NCBI GenBank assembly: GCA_040289575.1
Contig: PSLL01000013.1
Span: 5,914 to 28,531, forward strand
Reading direction: 5' to 3'
Length of the DNA stretch: 22,618 nt
From: Candidatus Dadabacteria bacterium
Lineage (GTDB): Bacteria; Desulfobacterota_D; UBA1144; Nemesobacterales; CSP1-2
The notes under the pieces are model-generated. The model did no database searches. It saw nothing but the letters and a program-made list of their open reading frames with translations, and was not told where the DNA came from. The number at the start of each line of letters is the position of its first letter. The first letter of the stretch is position 1. The position numbers and the translations under genes are program-made. Shown here piece after piece: positions 17,625 through 22,618 of the stretch.

Positions 17625-17760
17625 CTGAGCTTAACTCCTTAAAAGTGAGATGGACGATTTTTAGAGCCTTTATTGCTCCTTTGAGTTCTTCGAGTTTTTT
17701 CTCCTCTTCATCGTGCTCACGCTTTAACATAGTGAGCGGCTCTGGAAATACCTCAACCAT
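17617..17760 (-). pseudogene. 47-aa ORF, truncated hemerythrin/HHE-domain remnant
   Basis: Not in the ORF track. GAGGA SD then MVEVFPEPLTMLKREHDEEEKKLEELKGAI..., matching a P...L..EH first hemerythrin helix. Stop overlaps the next gene's TTG start region. Confidence 0.6.
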
Positions 17761-17801
17761 GATTTATCCTCTAATCTAAGGGAGCGTTTTAATTCCCTTC
17801 T

Positions 17802-17990
17802 CTATTTATCAGCCGCCTCGTTGAGTTTTAAAAGAATCTCTTCTATATTCAGATTTCTCTTTTTTACGCCTTCCTCTAACTTTTCACCCCTGCCGCAACA
17901 TATATCAAAATCATAAGAGTTAAATATACACATAGTCGCGGGCCACTTCCTTATAATGTCGTTTGTAGTCATCTCCTTTGTGACTTTCAT
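17802..17990 (-). CDS. Stand-alone ScdA_N/DUF542 domain protein (YtfE/RIC N-terminal domain)
   Basis: DII..WP....F..Y.FDICCGRG..LEE, a variant of DxCCGG; AGGAGG SD. Confidence 0.82.
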   Translation of the reverse strand: MKVTKEMTTNDIIRKWPATMCIFNSYDFDICCGRGEKLEEGVKKRNLNIEEILLKLNEAADK

Positions 17991-18042
17991 TTTAAACCTC
18001 CTTTTTGTGTGAGATACCTACCCGCCTTATAACAATAAAAAA

Positions 18043-18603
18043 TCATCTTGCATCCAGTACCCTAAATGAGGCATCAATAACCTCTGAAATGGTCTGCTTA
18101 TAACCCTGGATGATAAGTCCGGTATTAAGAAACAGTATTACCCTCGTTATCATCCCTATTATCAATGCAGCTCCGAGTTCCTCATTCATACTTCTAAACT
18201 CTCCTTTCCTTATACCTTCTCGGATTACATCCACGAATATATCCTTTGGTTTTAGTCTTTCCCTGGGAACTTTGCTTAATTCCGTATGGTGACCAATCAT
18301 TATATATGAGTAACCCTTTGGCTCTTTCTTTGCAAAAGAAAAAAAAGCCTCGATAAGAGCCCTTAATTTATCCCTAGGATTAGAGTGGCTATCTATGCTT
18401 TCTAGGAGTCTATTTCTGAATGAATCCATATGGCTTAAAAAGAGCTTAAAAGCAAGGTCATTTTTGCTCTTAAAGTGTTTATAAATCGTACCCTCGGCGA
18501 TGCCCGCCCTCTTTGCTATTTCTCTTGTGGTCGTGCCCTTTATCCCCTTTTCTATAAAGAGGTCAAGGGCAACTTTACTTATACGTGTCTTGGAATTGGG
18601 CAT
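18043..18603 (-). CDS. TetR/AcrR family transcriptional regulator
   Basis: HTH motif LF.EKG...TTTREIAKRAGIAEGTIYKHFKSKNDL; C-terminal GI.KGEFR. Confidence 0.96.
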   Translation of the reverse strand: MPNSKTRISKVALDLFIEKGIKGTTTREIAKRAGIAEGTIYKHFKSKNDLAFKLFLSHMDSFRNRLLESIDSHSNPRDKLRALIEAFFSFAKKEPKGYSYIMIGHHTELSKVPRERLKPKDIFVDVIREGIRKGEFRSMNEELGAALIIGMITRVILFLNTGLIIQGYKQTISEVIDASFRVLDAR

Positions 18604-18615
18604 GATCCATTACCT

Positions 18616-18635
18616 TAGTGAGTAATCACTCACTA
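18616..18635. promoter_or_regulatory. TetR autoregulatory operator TAGTGAGT-AATC-ACTCACTA
   Basis: Perfect 8-bp inverted arms between the -10 element and the tetR start codon. Confidence 0.85.
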
Positions 18636-18663
18636 TTTTAAATCTGTTATCCTATATTGTCAA
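18635..18663 (-). promoter_or_regulatory. Sigma-70 promoter of the tetR operon
   Basis: Minus strand TTGACA(18663-18658)-17 bp-TAAAAT(18640-18635). Confidence 0.85.
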
Positions 18664-19027
18664 GGAAAAACTTATAAAGGAAACGATACCCATCTTCACA
18701 GCCCCAGCGTCAAAGATATTTTCTCTGATAACATCCAGTATCTGATCTGTCTTGTCTGTCTTTAAATTTGTCAGCGGTATAAGTAATTACATCGCTCTTT
18801 CTTCAAATGGACAACTGAATGTCTGGGGCGAAGAAGAAGACCTATTTAGGGCTTGGGGAAGCTCTGAATTCAGGGATCTAACCCCTAACACCGTATTCCA
18901 GGAGCTTGAGGACAGGATAATAAAAGTCCAATATACCCGGATTGAAGAGAGATTATTCCTTTAATTCTTATGATGAGTTTATAAACTGGCTTAAATCCTA
19001 AAGTGGTAAAAATTAAGCGGTGAATTA

Positions 19028-20287
19028 ATGAACAGGAAAGGAATCAAAGTTAACACAAGGGATTATTTTATTGACTCTTACCTTAACCCTAAAGGGACCG
19101 ATACAGAAACTTCGCCGAGAGATTGGCACAGTCCCGGATCGGGAGGTGAAAGAATAACGGGTATAAAGAGAATCTTAAGACCAGCTGCCTGGTTTTTCTA
19201 CTTGGTAGTCGTTTGCGAGATTCTGTTTATGATTAGCCCATTTGCCCTTTACTTCTACTCTGTCTATGGGCCGACGCTCAATTTCTTCAATCGGTCTTCT
19301 ATAACTGCGTGGCTTACCCAGTTCTTTCTGCCACATATATCTAGGACTACGAGTCCGATGCTCAATTCCATTCACTGGCTGAGCGGACTCCTGATCCTTA
19401 CGGGTATAGTGCTCTTTCTGGCGGGCGCAATCCCAATATACTGGGCAAAGTTTAGGCACAAGGGCGCAGTCACCGGAGGGCTCTATGTCATTATCCCGCA
19501 TCCTCAGTATGTTGGACTGGGAGTATTGGGTTCGGGAACACTCCTTCTCTGGTCGAGATTCATAGTGCTTATCACATACATCACCATGCTCTTCCTTTAC
19601 GACATACTGGCCCGATGGGAGGAGGAACAGTGTCTGGCTCGATTTGGCGAAAGCTACCGAGATTATCGGGCTCGAACCGGGATGTATCTGCCGCAGAGTT
19701 TGTCAAAGAGAATTCCCTGGATTCTACCAGCCTCCGGGGGCAAGAGGGTTCTTGCGAATTTTGTAATCTATGCAGCGGTGCTCGTATCTACCGTCATAAT
19801 TGCCTTCGGGTTGCGCGACTATTCGCTTTCGAAAATCTCAGTCTTCTACACAAATGATGCGACGGTGCTCTCGCCCGCCCCACTGACCGACCAGGAGCTG
19901 AGGGCGGCGTATAATGTAGCGGTGGCCGACACCAGGGTTCGGGAAGCACTTAGGATGGCTAGACAGAAGAAATTGATCGTCTACGTCGTACCTCAGGATT
20001 GGTATCTTGTGGATCTACCTATGGAGACCGTCCGCAATGTCCCTGGTTATGGCCACTATGAGCCAATGAACTTTGACAGGCAGCATTATAAACTCCTCTT
20101 CGCTAGAGTACGAACCTACAATGCGGGGGTTGCTGGTAGGGACATCATTAAAGATGCCTATGGCCGAGATCCAATCGTGCTTGTTAAGGTTGATACTATA
20201 TCTGCAAGGGTCACGGGGATCGAAATTCCGCCTCCGCATGTGTATTGCGGGCGACATTCCTACCCCTATGTTCTGAAGAGATCCTAA
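19028..20287 (+). CDS. Isoprenylcysteine carboxyl methyltransferase/PEMT-family membrane protein with C-terminal extension, probably degraded
   Basis: VTGGLY..I(P)HPQY, EE..C..RFGESY..Y...T. The GGAGGT SD is followed by in-frame ATA (19154) instead of ATG. Removing C20248 gives the C-terminus HVYWGDIPTPMF*. Confidence 0.75.
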   Translation: MNRKGIKVNTRDYFIDSYLNPKGTDTETSPRDWHSPGSGGERITGIKRILRPAAWFFYLVVVCEILFMISPFALYFYSVYGPTLNFFNRSSITAWLTQFFLPHISRTTSPMLNSIHWLSGLLILTGIVLFLAGAIPIYWAKFRHKGAVTGGLYVIIPHPQYVGLGVLGSGTLLLWSRFIVLITYITMLFLYDILARWEEEQCLARFGESYRDYRARTGMYLPQSLSKRIPWILPASGGKRVLANFVIYAAVLVSTVIIAFGLRDYSLSKISVFYTNDATVLSPAPLTDQELRAAYNVAVADTRVREALRMARQKKLIVYVVPQDWYLVDLPMETVRNVPGYGHYEPMNFDRQHYKLLFARVRTYNAGVAGRDIIKDAYGRDPIVLVKVDTISARVTGIEIPPPHVYCGRHSYPYVLKRS

Positions 20288-20310
20288 ATTTAAGGAGCTA
20301 AAATGGCTCC

Positions 20311-21075
20311 GTGGAAATAAGGAGAAAAAAAATGAGTAGAGACAACTCAACGGATGAAAAAATGAGGTTAGGAAAAGAATCACGGCCTCTTTGCTCAATT
20401 GGAAATCAAGCTGCCATACCCAATTCTTTGCATAGAAGGTACTCAAATAACATTGGAATATTAAACCACAAAGGGTTGTCCGATGAAGTGCTGGCAATGA
20501 GCTTCTTGGAAGACCGGAATGAGGAGGCATTTAATGAAATTGTAAATAGGTATGGAGATAAAGTCTACAGGACTGCCCTAAGGATTACTCATAACCCCAG
20601 TGATGCAGAGGATGTTCTCCAGGAGGTATTTATCACCCTTATTGAGAAGCTCGATACATTTCATGAGGAGTCTAAATTCTCAACATGGCTCTATAGGGTT
20701 GCGGCAAATGCGAGCTTCATGCACCTGAGAACCGAGAAGAAGTATAAGAACCAGGTGAATCTTGAGGATTATGTTCCGTATGATGAGGATGGTACGCTCA
20801 AAGTAATAAAGGACTGGAGTGATAGACCTGATCAGGTGCTCCTCAATAAAGAGGAGATGGAGATTATTGAGAGGGCAGTAAATGAGCTTCCGGTATCATA
20901 CAGAGCCGTTTTCCATTTAAGGGATGTAGAGGGGCTTACAGATTATGAGACTGCGAAGGTGTTGGGGCTTTCTGTTAGTGCCGTTAAATCTAGGATTCAC
21001 AGGGCTAGGCTATATCTTAGGGATAGGCTTTCAGATTATTTTATGAATAAAGAAGCGAACACAGTAAATTCATGA
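20311..21075 (+). CDS. ECF-type sigma-70 factor
   Basis: Region 2 DAEDVLQEVF...F...SKFSTWLYRVAAN; region 4 LP..YRAVF.LRDVEGL...E.A..LG.S..AVKSRIHRAR. Start uncertain and may be further downstream. Confidence 0.92.
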   Translation: MEIRRKKMSRDNSTDEKMRLGKESRPLCSIGNQAAIPNSLHRRYSNNIGILNHKGLSDEVLAMSFLEDRNEEAFNEIVNRYGDKVYRTALRITHNPSDAEDVLQEVFITLIEKLDTFHEESKFSTWLYRVAANASFMHLRTEKKYKNQVNLEDYVPYDEDGTLKVIKDWSDRPDQVLLNKEEMEIIERAVNELPVSYRAVFHLRDVEGLTDYETAKVLGLSVSAVKSRIHRARLYLRDRLSDYFMNKEANTVNS

Positions 21076-21137
21076 ATAATGAGGAGACACATAAAATCAT
21101 TTTATTCTTTGACCCATCCTTAAAACAGATGACAGAG

Positions 21138-21418
21138 ATGTTTAGAATCAAAGAGACCTTTGAAGATGAAAAACGGTTATCTTGAAGTTGGATGGGAAAT
21201 TGGTTGATTCATGGGTGCCGGATTTAGGGAAGCTATGCCTGCATTATAGAGATGAAAAAAATAAAACCGTTGTGTTAGATTTCTCAGGCGTGACCTTTAT
21301 AGATGATAGAGGGGTGAGAATGCTGGAGAATATAAAGGATGAAAAAATAATTAGCTGTGATACTTCTCAGAACAACCCAAAGATAGTAGCGGACAGAATA
21401 AGAGGGAATAATAAGTAA
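21138..21418 (+). pseudogene. STAS-domain (anti-sigma antagonist-like) protein, frameshifted
   Basis: MFRIKETFEDEK, then a shift at A5 (21169-21173); A6 restores TVILKLDGKLVDSWV...VVLDFSGVTFIDDRGV. Confidence 0.75.
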
Positions 21419-21422
21419 AGAT

Positions 21423-22512
21423 ATGGAAACGCTCAATATACAATCAATCGGTGAATCGTCTAAGCAAACATGCGGAGTTTGGGGTGTAATTCGGGAAGCC
21501 ATCCGCGGTTCGCAGAAGGACTTCACACAAGGGTCAATCGGTCAATCGATCTTTTTGCTCGCCGTTCCGATGTTTCTTGAGATGTTGATGGAGAGTGTCT
21601 TCGCCGTGGTGGACGTTTTCTTTGTCGGAAAGCTCGGCGCAGATGCGGTTGCTACTGTGGGCCTGACGGAATCAATGATGATAATTGTCTATACGGCCCT
21701 ATGGGACTGAACATCGGCGTAACGGCGACGGTGGCTCGACGCATAGGTGAGAAAAATCCTGAAGGCGCGGCACGTGTTGCGGAACGGGTGCGCTGGTTGC
21801 ATTCTCAAATTTGCTGCGTGAAGACTCCCGCGCGCGTGTCCTCGCGCATCATTTTAAGGCTGAGGCTGGCTTGATTCTGAGCCTGCTCCGCCTTTCGGTT
21901 TCGGGAACGTTTCAAACCTTGATTGGAACGGCAAGCTGGATTGGTCTCGTTCGTATCATATCCACATTCGGCAGTGAAGCTCTGGCTGGCTATACCATCG
22001 GCATACGCATTATCATCTTTGCTTTGCTGCCGTCATGGGGCATAAGCAATGCCGCCGCAACGATAGTTGGACAATCTTTAGGGGCAAAAAAGCCCGACCG
22101 CGCTGAGAAAGCCGTCTGGCTCGCAGGCTTTTACAACATGTGTTTCCTGGGCACGATTGGTTTGTTTTTTGTGTTTTTTCCGAGCTAGATAGTTCAGTGG
22201 TTTACGAATGATCCGGCAGTTTTCGGCTATGCAGTTGATTACCTTCGCACCGTAGCTTTCGGCTTTCTGTTCTATGCCTACGGCATGGTGCTGACGCAAT
22301 CATTCAACGATGCGGGAGATACGTGGACCCCGACAGTCATAAACCTTTTCATATTCTGGCTCCGGGAAATACCTTTGGGCTATGTGCTTGCAAAGCCTCT
22401 TGGCCTTGGCCCGCACGGGGTCTTCTGGGCTATGATGATTGCGTTTTCGACCCTGGCTGTTGTGAGTGCGGTTGTGTTCAGGCGAGGAAGATGGAAGGAA
22501 AGCATTGTATAA
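21423..22512 (+). pseudogene. MATE-family efflux transporter, multiply disrupted
   Basis: LLAVPM.LEM.MES.FAVVD.FFV..LG; frameshift near 21700; apparent large deletion near 21780; in-frame TAG at 22186-22188; C-terminal piece 22285..22512 (QSFNDAGDT.TPT...FRRGRWK). Confidence 0.9.
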
Positions 22513-22543
22513 TTTAAGAAGAAACTCTAAATTAACTTGAATT

Positions 22544-22618
22544 GCAGTAACTCTCATTACCGACGGGCATGTGCCGGACGAGGTGTTTGAGCAGGCGCAC
22601 GGGCAGTTTACCGAACAG
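22544..22618 (+). pseudogene. 5'-truncated carboxymuconolactone decarboxylase/AhpD-like fragment
   Basis: AVTLITDGHVPDEVFEQAHGQFTEQ matches the C-terminal part of AhpD-like proteins. Only 31 bp separate it from the MATE stop, so the CxxC-bearing N-terminus is missing. Runs off the window. Confidence 0.7.

Noticed and set aside
18752..18964. 70-aa plus-strand ORF with a W.EEE.FRAW stretch faintly like ABM monooxygenases
   Set aside because: TTG start without SD, and the similarity is too short to support a call; possibly a remnant.
19123..19138. TTGGCAC sigma-54-like -24 element
   Set aside because: No TTGC at the -12 position.
121..22188. Genome-wide TAG reassignment suggested by in-frame TAGs at 250, 313 and 22186
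   Set aside because: TAG terminates apparently complete genes here (GNAT, P450, nosY, nosF), and the TAG-containing genes carry other lesions.

Overview
Bacterial window built around a complete minus-strand clade II nitrous-oxide reductase cluster: lipoprotein cytochrome c, lipoprotein-signal nosZ, nosB-like, nosD, nosF, nosL, nosY (7766-14250). A near-consensus sigma-54 promoter sits directly upstream. Further upstream and co-directional is an operon that looks like an NO/metal-centre stress module: TetR, stand-alone ScdA_N/DUF542 domain, truncated hemerythrin, NnrS-like membrane protein with DUF1858-type domains at both ends, 7Fe ferredoxin, ferritin-like protein, and a frameshifted CopD-like protein (14418-18603). 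The same palindrome (TGAGT-N4-ACTCA) overlaps the tetR sigma-70 promoter and recurs upstream of the nos sigma-54 promoter, suggesting the TetR controls both units. The nosB-like gene begins with 21 codons that resemble a citrate synthase N-terminus. Flanks carry a CaiB/BaiF CoA-transferase, RimL-type GNAT, DoxX, cytochrome P450, a sigma-54-preceded APH/AAA kinase, an ECF sigma factor and many decayed genes (membrane protein, DUF6544/6920-like, CBS, ICMT-like, STAS, MATE, AhpD/CMD). Family calls come from motif recognition by eye; no database searches were run.
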